Source of the DNA: Eledone cirrhosa
Lineage: Eukaryota
Assembly (NCBI GenBank): GCA_964016885.1
Contig: OZ024741.1
Span: 325,934,001 to 325,998,000 of the forward strand
Direction: 5' to 3'
DNA length: 64,000 bases
The notes under the pieces are model-generated. The model did no database searches. It saw only the letters and a program-made list of their open reading frames with translations, and had not been told where the DNA came from. This document shows, in pieces, positions 12,870-26,642 of this stretch; positions within the stretch are counted from its first letter, which is position 1, and each line of letters begins with the position of its first letter. A program made the position numbers and the translations under genes.

Positions 12870-14070
12870 GAGTAATCACAATAAGTTAGGTAATAGTGAC
12901 ACAATGACAAATTCATCACGAGGCATGTTGCCACCTTAATACTACAACAACGAAAAGTACAGACAGGAGGATGAAATACGGAAAATCCTTCTACCTCCAC
13001 ATAGAAAAAAAAACTGGAAGAGATATCTGGATGATTGTTTCATCCTCTGGTATGAAAGTATAGAAAGACTTATTGAATTTAAAACACTTCTAAATGGACT
13101 CAACACAAACATCAATTCACAATGGAATACAGCCATGAACAACTTCATTTACACGACATCCTTATCAAGAAAACCAACAACAAAATAGAAACAGACATAT
13201 ACTATAAGCCCACATACTCCAAACAGTATCTTCCATTCAACTCATGCCACTCTAGACACACCAAATTGAACATTCCTTACAACCTAGCCAAAAGAATAGA
13301 TATACCTGCTACATACGACTAGAAGAATTAAAGCTCCCACTTATTAGCAGGTATTACCCATCATTCCTAATCAACAATGGATTCCAACGTGCCCTAAAAC
13401 TCATCATCCAGGAACGTAGACACCACCAACCAAAGAATGAATCGAAACTGAAAGCTCTACCATACATTTCCAAACAACCCCTTAACAATGAGGCCTTCGA
13501 CACCATCCTCCAGAACATACCTCTACTAAAAAGAGACCTAAGAATGAATCAAACCTTCAAACGCACAACATTATAAAGAGCAAAAGAAAACCCAAATCAA
13601 TGAAAAACATCCTTACACGGGCCAAAGTCCAGCCGACCTTCACAATGAACCCTACAGTAAAAAAACGCGGAAGACCCAACTGGGTATATGTATCAACCTA
13701 ATGTGGTATCGGAGTTCAACTTCAAACAAGACAACACTTTACAGCTAAATACAATTTCACATGCGCATTAGAAAACCTGATTTATATGTTGACTTGCTCA
13801 GGTTGTCGAGAACACTACATGAGACAGACTAAAAACAGTCTTCGCCAACGTATGACCGTTCATAGATCCCAAATTAAAATACGGGATACAGAAAGATAGC
13901 ACTGAGCGAACGCATTGCGACTTGCGCATCTAATGAACAACCCAATTTCAGAATCCCCCCCCTCTACAAATTTAAAGACAACGCTTCCTACATCCAGCGC
14001 ATTAGCAAGGAATCCCACTTTATCACCAAATACGAACCCCTTCTAAATGCATCCACTTCGGACTAAACTA
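12870..14070 (+). pseudogene. Degenerate Penelope-like RT and GIY-YIG (different subgroup from the other two)
   Basis: WKRYLDDCF at ~13015, TDIYYKPT..YLPFNSCH, FTC..NLIYMLTCSGC..HYMRQT..RQRM. Multiple frameshifts. Confidence 0.8.
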
Positions 14071-14962
14071 CAGCTGCCACACTTTAAAGATAACACCCTG
14101 GAAAAATTAACCCTTTGGCAATGTATCCTTCTCCAAGATTCCAGCAACTTTTGACAACTATATAATGCAGATAAACAACCACATAGAAACACCCAAATCA
14201 GCTAGTTCTGGAGGACTTTCACGAAGATAAGCAGATAAATAGGAGTATTATGGTGTCAAACTAAATCCTTCAAAATATGTACGGCCCGGTACGATTTAGC
14301 TTCGAATCCCGCCAATGTCATCCTTCTCTTTCATCCTTCATGGGCCTATAATATAGTAGGTAGCTTTATCGTAATAGAATCGATGAAATCCCCTTCCTCC
14401 ATTTACCTGAATCTGGGAGTTCATGCTGAAGATAGAATTAGTATTTCAGTAACCCTGAATCTTTTTCGTGGCAAAATTATAAAGTGAACGTCGATTTTTT
14501 CCAAGATAAAACAATTTAAGAATGACAGTCTTACAGACAGGAATACCAAGTTAGATATTTTTAGAAACAATTACTTCCCCGGTCAACTCTAAGGTCATTC
14601 AACCATTCAAGCTTAGCCCACGTCCAGCTCACCTTTGTAGCCATTTTTGAAAGTGACTATCACCACAATAGATTGCTAACACACCTACCCCTGTCTTCCT
14701 CTTCTCCCCTCTTACCCACTTCTCCCTCACTCCTCTTTCTCCCTCTGCTTCCGCCTCTCCCCCTCTACTACCAGTCGAAAATCTGCTGTCAGAACCAACA
14801 TTTTAAAACGACTACCATTTCTGTTAGCCAACAGAGGACGCAGAATAACCTCGGACAGACACATGATCTTTCCTCTCTAAATATGTATGTAAAAACTAAT
14901 AATTTTTATTCATTTTATTATTATTCGTATAAAAATGCAATTTAACTGCACTTTGCACATCC

Positions 14963-15000
14963 GTCGTTGAAAAAGCATATAATACTGAAACCGGTACCAC
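14963..15000 (+). ncRNA. Degenerate hammerhead downstream of the Penelope ORF
   Basis: TTGAAAA(core decayed)-agcatataatact-GAAA-CCGG-TA-ccac. A related copy lies at 51235-51276. Confidence 0.35.
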
Positions 15001-15214
15001 TATTAAATGGAGAAATCCTGTCTTTATAAATATATGTTTTGATAATATACTGAAAAAAATCCCCCCAACATTTTCTACTGAATTTTTCCTTTTTACTATT
15101 TGTTTACATATACATATATATATATGGCTTTACAAATTCAAATGTTTATATATATATATATATATATATATATTCCAACCAGCCCGTCCCCTCAATCTAT
15201 CTTATTTCTCATTC

Positions 15215-15255
15215 TTTGTTCTGATAAAGGACTAGCGTCCGAAACGTTAAGCGGG
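15215..15255 (+). ncRNA. Minimal hammerhead with one core substitution
   Basis: CTGATAA-a-ggac-tagc-gtcc-GAAACGTT. Stem I is weak. Lies on a 140-bp island between (TA)n and (CA)n. Confidence 0.5.
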
Positions 15256-15313
15256 TCTTCCTGTTGTATCAAGCGTTAATCTAATATATCCCTTCCATAT
15301 ACTGTACCGATTA

Positions 15314-15418
<105 letters not shown>

Positions 15419-15546
15419 AGAGTGCCTGCTTTTGTATCCTTCTGTATCACAATATATTCAATGTATTTTTCTCTAAGTCTGTTCCCATTCTTTAAATCCA
15501 TCAGCCAATGACATCCACCCATTCCAATCACCTCCTTCCCCTACCA

Positions 15547-15600
<54 letters not shown>

Positions 15601-15882
15601 TATACATGGAAGGAAGACACTTGATACGAGACAAATTCTGCAGAAATTCCTGAAACCAAAACATATGAAATGTTAAAATTCAAATGTCACACTTATATAC
15701 TACTACAACTGATAATGATGACAATTATGACGACGATGATGATGATGATAATAATAAGTCCACCGAGAAGATATATATATATATCGATCGATAGATAGAG
15801 TGATGGATAAAATGAAAGAGAAGTAAATGTATAGATAGATAAACTGGCAGAATGTTAGAGCGATAGATTGCTGATATATAGA

Positions 15883-15963
<81 letters not shown>

Positions 15964-16002
15964 ATATATATATATATACACACACACTCATATATATATA
16001 TA

Positions 16003-16296
16003 TAGGGCTATAACACCCACTTGCCCCATAATGACCCGGGGGGGGGGGTAGACTAGGGCTATAACACCCCACTTGCCCGATAATGACCCGGGGGGGGGGG
16101 TAGACTAGGGCTATAACACCCCACTTGCCCGATAATGACCCGGGGGGGGGGGGGGGGTAAACTAGGGCTATAACACCCCACTTGCCCCATAATGACCCGA
16201 GGGGGGGGGGTAGACTAGGGCTATAACACCCCACTTGCCCCATAATTACCGGGGGGGGGGGGGGGGTAGACTAGGGCTATAACACCCTACTTGCCT
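16003..16296. repeat. Minisatellite of 5.5 units of 51-57 bp with a variable poly-G run
   Basis: tagggctataacaccccacttgcccc/gataatgaccc(G)n tagac units start at 16003, 16054, 16106, 16163, 16216 and 16272. Confidence 0.95.
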
Positions 16297-17444
16297 ATTT
16301 TGTAAGGGGTAACCCCTGCATTCCAATGGAGACGTAAGATCTTCTTTTACTTTTTTTATCGCTTCCTCTATATTTCCTCCTTCCCCCCATCCCTCCCTAG
16401 TCCTTCTACCCCAGTTCCCTTTCTTTGTCGTCGTCTTTTTCTCGCCCACCCGAGGTAGCCCCTCGGTCCCTTGTAGCTTCAGCACCACCACCCCTCCCCT
16501 ATTCTATGATAGATTTGGCTGACTCCGCTTTTTATAGCAGAGGTGTTAGACCTCGGATACTTGCCCCCTTCTCCAACCGCTGTCCCTTTTTTCCGTGCCT
16601 TCTATATTTCTTAGTGGCATCTTTGCTTTAATTTCTCGTTTATCCAGTATTTCTTTCCTCTTTTTCCCTTTTTCTTTGGGGGGGGGGGAGTTCTGTATTA
16701 ATTTTCCGTTCTTTACTTTTACTTCGTACGATCTTTCATGTAGCTTGTATAAGACTTTTTGTTTCGTGGCGGTACCCTTAGAGTTAGCACGCGTATTTTT
16801 TTGCGGGACCCTGAATGATATTCTCGTACTAGTTTACTTTCTTGCTCTGGGTGGTTGCTGGCCATGTGATTGGGGTAGAAACCTTTATTATTTCGTGGTA
16901 GTCTCTTTAGTATTTTGCCCCCCCCCCCCCTTTGTTGACCCGTCACCGTACGATACACGCACTTATACCTCGTATAAGGGTCTTTATTTCCGTCCCACCT
17001 AATTTATTTTTATTTATTTTTTATTCTTCATTATATATATATATATTTTTTAAATTTTATTTATCCATTCTTTTATTCACTTATTTATTTATTTATTTAT
17101 GTATTTCTTTAGCCTAGCAATAGCGAGAGACTTAAGTCTTAGTAACCAGACTTTGCCTATTTTTTTTTTTTTTCTCTCTCAGTACTTTTTATAGTTTTAC
17201 CCTCATTGTTCTACTTACCGTTTCGACTTCCTCCCCCTCCCCCTCCCCACTATCTTCTTTGACCTCACACCCAGCTGTAGCCGGCACTACCAACGCATGA
17301 ATGGGTCTACTCCACCCCCTCTCCCTTTTTCTCCTACCGCCAGGTTCAGCTACCCCTTCCCCTACCAATTTGCCATCACAGATTTACTACTAACTTGTGA
17401 TGTGACCAATCCTGGTGATTATCTCTTTGACCATATATGGAATT

Positions 17445-17540
17445 ACCCCTTAATAAGCTCGGCTATTTAAATACCAGAATAAATTTTCATTCAGTCCAGA
17501 ATTAGTCGTCGAAACGGCTTGAGCTCAGTTGTCGGGGTCT
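17445..17540 (+). ncRNA. Decayed full-length hammerhead of the GGGGTC family
   Basis: acccc-TTAATAA(CTGATGA with 3 transitions)-gct-cggcta...tagtcg-tc-GAAAC-GGC-ttgagctca-GTT-GTC-ggggt. Confidence 0.5.
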
Positions 17541-17548
17541 TACTTGTT

Positions 17549-17632
<84 letters not shown>

Positions 17633-17770
17633 GGATGGCTAGATAGATAGATATTATAGATGCGCTTTTTTATCTTAAACCTTAGAAATGTGTCTAATGT
17701 CTTGATATGTAGGTCTCAATTACAATACATTTAAAACAGTTTGGAAACACAAGTGCTTGCTGATAATGCG

Positions 17771-17807
<37 letters not shown>

Positions 17808-17907
17808 GCTCTCTGTCTCTCGCTCTCTCTCTCTATATATATATATCTATGTATATATATATATATATATATGCACACACACACATACACATATATATAT
17901 ACGTATG

Positions 17908-17980
<73 letters not shown>

Positions 17981-18002
17981 GTAACTATGTATACGTACAT
18001 AC

Positions 18003-18683
18003 ATACAGTTGATAGAACGTCGTTTGAAAGTATATACTTTCCTTATGCATATTAACGGCTGAGTAGCTCCGGGCTGTTTGTTTACAAACAAACCGAGCAT
18101 TATAATAAATGTTCGGTAAACCCATACGTACATATATATGTGTGCATGTATGTATATATATACATAAAACTGTACGTCTGTATACATATATGTATGTACG
18201 TATACATACTTACATTTAAGTATCAGCCGTACTAAGAGTGAGAAATGAAATTTCATTTTTTCCATTTATCGTTTTCGGTACGCCCGGCCGACTAACTCAC
18301 TCGATATGCAAATTAGGCTACTCAGCTGTTAATATGCATAAGGAAAGTATATACTTTCAAACGTTCAATCAACTGGCAGGAAGGTATACGGTGCTGATGA
18401 CAACTAATAAACTAGAAACTAGTTCATCGTTCCTTTGTCAGTGTTGAACAAATAGGGCAGCGATGGTTGCCGAACACTGTGCGGCTAAATATTCGGGCTG
18501 TTTGTTTACAAACAAACCGAGCATTATAATAAATGTTCGGTACATAAATATATGTGTACATGTATGTATGTATATACATACTACTGTACGTCTGTATATA
18601 TATATATATGTATGTACGTATACATACTTACATTTAAGTAACAGCCGTACGGAGAGTGATAAATGAAATTTCATTTTTTCCAT
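18003..18683 (+). mobile_element. Retrozyme-like family A, a ~1.45-mer of a ~424-bp unit with an inverted 5' piece (18003-18068)
   Basis: 18070-18263 is repeated at 18494-18683. HHR at 18388-18430, octamer at 18306-18313. Flanked by TA-rich repeats. Confidence 0.8.
18388..18430 (+). ncRNA. Minimal hammerhead (stem II degenerate)
   Basis: acggtg-CTGATGA-caactaataaacta-GAAA-CTAG-TT-catcgt. Confidence 0.65.
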
Positions 18684-18760
18684 ATATATACATATATATA
18701 TGCACACACACACACACATATATATATATACGTATATATATATATATGCAAAAGCACATA

Positions 18761-18834
<74 letters not shown>

Positions 18835-18837
<3 letters not shown>

Positions 18838-19071
18838 CTTGCCTTTGTTTGTATTCTTGTTGATGATACTTATTTTTTTTGCGCTTTTGTTTAGAGAAGT
18901 GGGGAGAGGAGTAGGCTTAAACGCATCAATGTTTCTTTCTCTGATTTAAATGTTTTCTACTTTTTGTAGTCGTTGTTACTTTTGCTTTCTATTAACCAGC
19001 GTTTTTCATGATTGTCAAATATCTAATTCATTTTTCAACCATTTCAAACCATAGTCTTACAACCAATATGA

Positions 19072-19114
<43 letters not shown>

Positions 19115-19132
19115 GTCTTACAACCAATATAC

Positions 19133-19187
<55 letters not shown>

Positions 19188-19445
19188 GATGTATATTGGT
19201 TGTAAGACTATGGTTTGAAATGGTTGAAAAATGAATTAGATATTTGACAATCATAAAAAAAACGCTGGTTAATAGAAAGCAAAAGTAACAACGACTACAA
19301 AAAGTAGAAAACATTTAAATCAGAGAAAGAAACATTGATGCGTTTAAGCCTACTCCTCTCCCCTCTCCCCACTCCCCACTTCTCTAAACAAAAGCACAAA
19401 AAAAAAACAACTAACATCAACAAGAATACAAACAGACAAGATTAT
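18835..19445. repeat. ~240-bp inverted repeat around a TA/TG microsatellite core
   Basis: 18835-19068 is the reverse complement of ~19194-19443. Confidence 0.9.
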
Positions 19446-21138
19446 AAACACATAAAGAAAATATAGAACGCGTTCAGATTATTAAGAGAAGGAGGAGAAG
19501 ACGAAATAATATTTCTCTAGAAATAATTCTGAATAAGTTGTTTGGACAAGAATGTGGCAATTGACATTCGCAAAGAATTGCCGCAGCTACTACTGCTGAT
19601 ACTGCAAAATACAGAAAAAAATTATATATGTTTAATGGCGTAAAACAAACAACAACAACAACAAAAAAATATCAATTTTAAGATACGAGTTTTATTTATA
19701 TAAAAGATATGACAAAAATCAAAATTCACTTTCCGTTTGGAATATTTTCATAATAAAGAAAAGAAAAAAAAATATATGTATATATATATATATATTTGAA
19801 AAAAAAAGGTAAAAAACAACATAGAAAAATATAATAAAAATGAAATGTAATTTATAAATCTTGAATGAACTTTTGTGAAAAAAAGATTTGATTGGAAGCG
19901 AAGACGTTAGATGGTGTGTGGAATTGCTAGAGAAGGCGTACAAAAGCAGACTAATGGTCTGTATATAAAACAGAATGTTTTCTGCGCCAACAAACCTCTT
20001 TTAATCTTAAAGCGTGTAATTTATATAAGAGACAAAACTAGTTTTGTAAAGGACAAAGTCGTTTGTAACGACATCAAGAATTTTAGTGTTGTTTATTATT
20101 GCCAAAACGGTCAATTTGGCAGAGTTGATGGAGCATTGTATATTATTTTCTAGGTTTCTTCATTTTGCGTTCAAATCCCCCCATAGTACATTTTGCCATT
20201 TAGGGATCATTAAAATAAAAACTACCAGCTCAGTGCTGGTACAACTCTCCTTTCTTCCAGCTGTCATACTCTAGCCGTTTCTCTGAATCCTAAATTAAGA
20301 GTCAAATGTTCGAGTTGAAACGGTCTTCGATAATGATCGATGCTTCGTTCATTTCAAAAGGGGTTTTCAGCTGTTCGATCAACTCAAATTCCGAATTTGT
20401 ATATTAACGTGTAACATATGTTACAAGGCTGATATTTGAATTTGAGCTACAGTTCATATGGTGGGCTTCCATGTTGCTTTCATCTTACTAATTTCACCCA
20501 CAAAGTCTTTTTGTCGACAGTTACGAGCCTGAGACCGTATGGTTTCTAAAAGTACGTCTTAACCATTTAGCAATGCTTGCACCTGGTTTTGTTTAAATAT
20601 CCCATCATAATTTATGTTTGCATCTGGTACAGGTTTCATGGCAAGTTGAAACAGAACAAATTATTACTTTAGCTAGTTATCAGGAATTCGGAAAGATAGC
20701 AGCTCGCCCGAGGTAGGAGCGCCGTGAGGCTGGATGGCTGTTGCAGCAGGTCTCGCGGCTATCTATAAATGAGTTTCCTTTCTTCTCTACACAATAAATT
20801 AAGAACAGTTTACAGTTGCGTTAGAGATTTCTAAAATGAGTGACGAGGAAATGAGTAACAAGTTCTCTATTATGGAAACTTTATCAATTATATCATGGAA
20901 GAGGTATTTTAGTCATTGGGGGGGAAAAAAAGCAAAAAGAAAAAAACACTAAAGTTCTGTTATATTCACATATTTCATTCAATTTGTGAGAAATAAATAA
21001 TGTTTCGTTATACCATTGCTAAATAGATAAGGTTATAAAAGTGAACGGATTAAATTACCCGAATTTTACAAAGTGGAACGAAAAGAATGTATCCACTATT
21101 AAAAATGTAATAACATTTATTATTTATTCCCATATTTA

Positions 21139-21354
21139 GGGTAGTGGATTGGCAGTGTCGGCAGAGCGTCGGACACCATACTTCACAGCATAAAATTACT
21201 GCCCTTTATGATCTGAGTTAAAATCCCGCTGATGTTAACTTCCATCCTTACGGGGTCGATAAAATAAAGTACCAGTCACGCACTGGGGTCGAATAAATCG
21301 GCTTTCCCCTTCCCCGGAATTGTTGGCCTTGTGCCTATATAAGAAACCATTATC
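21139..21354 (+). mobile_element. Full-length tRNA-derived SINE with a 12-bp target-site duplication
   Basis: A-box TGGCAGTGTCGG and B-box GAGTTAAAATCC. TSD tattcccatatt at 21125-21136 and 21355-21366. Confidence 0.85.
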
Positions 21355-21904
21355 TATTCCCATATTCTTTATTATTTTACTGGTTTCAGTAATTAGAGGG
21401 TAGCCATGAGTCAATCATATAGAGCCTGGTAGCCTAGTACTTATTTCTAGTCAGCTCTATTATGGAGCATAAACACAGACATCATTTTAATGCATCTTCT
21501 TAAAATTTAGTGTCTGCCCAATTTTTACAGGTCTCAATATGTTTTCATTTTGTGAAGTTGGAAATATATAGATTCACCTAAACCAGAACAGTTCGTAATC
21601 GATTTCCCATTCTTCACAGAAAAAACAATTTAATAAATGATAATAGAGAAATACAGCTTTTCCTTTTTTTTCCTGAATATTATCTGCCCGAAAGAAGGAC
21701 AAAATTAAATACTACAAGAATTAATGTTTCGGCCAATATGTTGCTTTGGTTCCTTGTAAAATTAATATTTCTGAGCAAAATTATTATTAAATAGATACAT
21801 ATTCTTATGTACACACGTACACACGCACATACACAAACACACACACACACACACGCACACATATATATATATATATATATATATGCATGTATATGTATGT
21901 ATGC

Positions 21905-21952
<48 letters not shown>

Positions 21953-22076
21953 GCACACACACACACACGCGCGCGTGCATACACTCACACGCACGCACAC
22001 ACACACACAAACATACACACACACATAAAGAACTTCGTTTCCAAATATAAAGAGTTTAAAGGTGTAGATGAAGAAG

Positions 22077-22199
<123 letters not shown>

Positions 22200-22558
22200 T
22201 GTGCGTGTGTGTATGCATACATATTTATATATATTACGAATATATATATCTACATTTTCTCTGGGCATATAAATTAATAATGCTGCTGTATCAATAAAAT
22301 CAGTATCGTAGTGAGTAATATATTTTATCTCATGCAGGAATGTACTGTATATGTAGCTTAAACTAATAAAAGCGTCCATCTTTCTAAATACTTAAATAAT
22401 ATCCATGTATATTTATACATATACATATGTATAAAAACAGACACACTCATATATATATTCAAGTTTCCATCTATCTCCTTTTATCCCTGTAAATATTCCT
22501 CTCTGTTTCTCGCCATATATATATATATGTATATACGCATATATATATACATGTATAT

Positions 22559-22596
<38 letters not shown>

Positions 22597-22598
22597 AA

Positions 22599-22676
<78 letters not shown>

Positions 22677-22890
22677 ATCTAGATATGTTTATGTTAGACT
22701 ATATATATGTGTTTGTGTCTATATTGTATCTGTATTTTTGACCGTTGGTCAGTCAATGGTAACATTGTGGACCGAATAAATTAAATTAACCAATATAAAA
22801 GACACAGAAGCGAAAACCAACCAAACAGTGAGTGTGTTCTGTTATTATTTCTGGCAATATTATTACACAAATATGACCCTCCACAATTAT

Positions 22891-22993
<103 letters not shown>

Positions 22994-23008
22994 TGTATAT
23001 ATATATAT

Positions 23009-23056
<48 letters not shown>

Positions 23057-23126
23057 GTATATAACGAAGGCCCAGAAACAGCCGTCGAAACGGCTTGAGC
23101 TCTGCCATCGGGGTCTTGAACATTTT

Positions 23127-23175
<49 letters not shown>

Positions 23176-23181
23176 GTATAC

Positions 23182-23212
<31 letters not shown>

Positions 23213-23519
23213 TATATACACGTATACATATATTATATATATATATATATATATATTTATATACAATATATAGAGGGGAAAGACACAGATGAGTGTGTTT
23301 TTCTTTACAGGAATTTCAAACCACCAGCGTGAAGAGAATATGAGCTACTAGAGGCATAGGAAAAACGTTAAAATTAAAAGTATAAATTAAAATGAGAAGT
23401 CAACCTCATACCTAGATCACACATGTACAAACTCACCAGTAGATTGTATATATATACATATTGATTATATATATATATATTGTACATGTGTATGTACATA
23501 TATATACAGATTGTACATT

Positions 23520-23571
<52 letters not shown>

Positions 23572-23594
23572 AATTAACATTCACACACACACAG

Positions 23595-23654
<60 letters not shown>

Positions 23655-24072
23655 ACATACAATATTAATCTAAAATTATAATATTACTGTAAACATATTT
23701 AATAATAAATAATTCATTGTCCATTTAAAGAGCGTTTTGGTTATAAATTGAAATGTAAGATGTACTTTAAACCCGTCTATTTCTGCTCTATATTGGTCTA
23801 GAACTTTTGGCAAAACCACTTTAATTGGTTTTTTCGTGGAAGCGAAAACAACTTGTAAGAAAAAACATTTTTTATAGCCTATATTTCACATTATAAAAAC
23901 AAACATACAAAAATGTACCACTGAATGAATTTCTATTTTCAGTCTGTCTGTACTCTTATGCAAATTAGCTCAAACAGTCTAGCTGAGCTTTAGTTTCTAG
24001 AGATTATAGATAGTTATAATCTAATTAATCTGTCGAGGAGACAATATCGATATTTTCTCTCTAAGATCTAAG

Positions 24073-24225
24073 ACAGGCATGAGCAAACTTTATTCGAGCA
24101 GTGGGGCATATAGTATGTGGCTTATCATAAGGCGGACCGCATTACTAAAACGATTGAAGGCAATTTTGAAATTAGGCGTGTCATTAAGAAAGCCCAACGG
24201 GCCGAACGTGATTTGCCCATGTATG
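24073..24225. mobile_element. hAT-like MITE, with a second, inverted copy at 29973-30098
   Basis: Imperfect TIRs caggcatgagcaaa / tttgcccatgtatg. Internal homology to the reverse complement of 29973-30098. Confidence 0.55.
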
Positions 24226-24661
24226 ATCTAAGAAGACTAGAAATTAGACAGAGGAATACCTATTTTTCTTTAAATTCCACTGAAGCTAGAATGTTTATTA
24301 AAGAAGTACACACACATACACACACACACGCGTGCACATACACACACAAACACACATATATACATATATATATATATACATATCATAAAACATGTCTATA
24401 GAATCACCAGATAAAATATATACCATTTCCTCTCCCAATTAGCATAATCAACTATATAAAAAATCGAATAGACCAGGCTATAAAAATCGAATAGACCAGG
24501 CTATAAGAATAAGGCTTCTATGAAGAAATCCCCAACAAATAACCGAAACTAGCCCTTCGCGTCGGCTACGACGGAATATTTATCGAATATTTCGACAGCG
24601 TAATCGCCCAGATATACAGTTAATTAAACAGAATTATATATATGCATACATATATATATAT

Positions 24662-24709
<48 letters not shown>

Positions 24710-24945
24710 ATGCTTTGGGAGGGTCATGTTGCCAATAAGAAACACACGCACCAGCTGCTTTCACTCCAATTTATTATAAATTAAATTTATAAATTTAAGA
24801 ATTTATGAATTTCCGGTTGGTCAAAGCATAACAATATCAGTTTCAACACAAGTTTTCAGATAAAGAATCTTGCTAAACAAATTCAGAAACGATATATATA
24901 TATATATATATATATAGAAAAGATGAATATAAAAGGAATTTATTA

Positions 24946-25067
24946 GGTATTGACATATGTTTCTGTAACAGACGGAATACCTATGTATCGCTGCTTGCGT
25001 AATCATATAATGTTAGCAAGTATTCGATAGCAAATGTATAATCAGTTGTCACTTCTTCAGAGATATT
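24946..25067 (-). ncRNA. Hammerhead with expanded stem II
   Basis: Minus strand: CTGAAGA-a-gtgaca...(~75 nt)...tgttac-a-GAAA-CATATG-TC. Stem I is imperfect. Confidence 0.55.
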
Positions 25068-25168
25068 GGATAAATTGGAAAAAATCAGAAAAATTGAAGT
25101 ATTTATATTAATTGTAATAAAGGAAGAAGAGAGGGGATAGTATATGACAGATGGTAATTCAATTTATT

Positions 25169-25243
<75 letters not shown>

Positions 25244-25363
25244 TATACATGTATATACATATATATATATATATATATAGGAAAAGAGTCTGGACCCCGA
25301 CAGCAGAGCTTCAGCCGTTTCGTCAGCTAGATCTGAACTAAACCAGCAGTATATATATATATA

Positions 25364-25459
25364 CAGGGTGTCCCAAAAATATATACAGACTTTGATTACC
25401 TGTACAGGCAATATTTATTAGAATGGTGTTGAAGTGTGTATAGAATTTTTGGGGATATC

Positions 25460-25462
<3 letters not shown>
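25364..25462. mobile_element. Tc1/mariner-like MITE
   Basis: TIRs cagggtgtcccaaaaat / atttttggggatatcctg, flanked by TA. Confidence 0.65.
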
Positions 25463-25499
<37 letters not shown>

Positions 25500-25546
25500 T
25501 GTATTTAGGTAATATATATCTATACGTATGTATTTATGTATGTATG

Positions 25547-25580
<34 letters not shown>

Positions 25581-26369
25581 TGTATGTATGTATGTATGTA
25601 TGTATGTATGTGTGTATATGTATGTAAATCTCATTTTTATATATGTTTTGCAACGTTCTTGATGTGAAATCCTGTGTTGAAACATATTTTTATACTTTGG
25701 GAGGTTCATGCTACCAATAAATAAACACACGCACTGGTTGAGTTTCACTTCAGTATATTATTATTTATGTAACCACTCCTAGGTTACTTTGATAACTAGG
25801 TAGTTGCCTAATTCTCCTTTATTCTTAATTATCAAAGCTCTCTTCTCACACATTCTTGAGCCTGTCTCTCTCTTTTTTTCTGATCATTTTCTATTTACTC
25901 CATCTTGTCTTTTTGTGTGTGATTGTGTTTCTGTGAGTGCTTGTGCTTCTACTTACACAAAGTTTCTGTTGTTTAGCATGCGTTCGTTCATATAAGTGTG
26001 TCGTGTGTCTGTGCATGTATATGTGTATGCATGTATGTCTGTGCACCCATGTGTGTCTTTATGTCACGTCTCATTTCCTCTTCAGGTTTTTGTGCGCATA
26101 TGTACGTATATTCTTATTTTTTCCTTGTCTCTGTCATCCGTCACTAGGTAGTTGTTCTATTTCTATATTCTATCGAGACAGGGAAGGCTTATATTTGTTT
26201 GTGTATCCTTTTAGATTTATTGTTATGTGTCCTTGTGGGGCTGTTGTTATTACATTCATGCTTCCTATTGAAGGTAGGTTTATTTCTGTTATATACGTGG
26301 CTTCCTTAATCTGTCTGAGCATTGCCTCTGTTCAGTGTGTAGATATAATTTTTATTTTAATAATTTTAA

Positions 26370-26555
26370 AAGGCGATGGATTGGCAGAATTGGCACAGCG
26401 TCGGATAGAAGGCCATTGTGATATTTGGTTTGGCTTTCTAAATTTTGAGTTAAAACCCCACCGATGTCAACTTTGCTTTTCAATTACTGGAGATGATTCA
26501 ATCAACTTTTACCTTTCTCACAAATTTGCTGGCCTTGTGCCTTGATTAGAATAAT
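26370..26555 (+). mobile_element. tRNA-derived SINE (internally deleted)
   Basis: ggcgatggattggcagaattgg head, gagttaaaacccc, and gctggccttgtgcc tail. Confidence 0.7.
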
Positions 26556-26596
26556 TGTTCTAGCAAGTCACAATGTTCTACTTAAACATGCTGGTA

Positions 26597-26642
26597 GAGC
26601 ACTGACATGTGTTTCTCGTATTTGAGTCGTCATCAGTTCTCT
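26597..26642 (-). ncRNA. Hammerhead-like motif (stem I poor)
   Basis: Minus strand: CTGATGA-cgactcaaatacga-GAAAC-ACAT-GTC. Confidence 0.45.

Noticed and set aside
16003-16296. CRISPR-like regularly spaced repeats
   Set aside because: The apparent spacers are only poly-G of varying length, there are no cas genes, and the context is eukaryotic.
21139-21240. tRNA genes at A/B-box motifs
   Set aside because: No complete cloverleaf is present, and the motifs are followed by the SINE body and TSDs.
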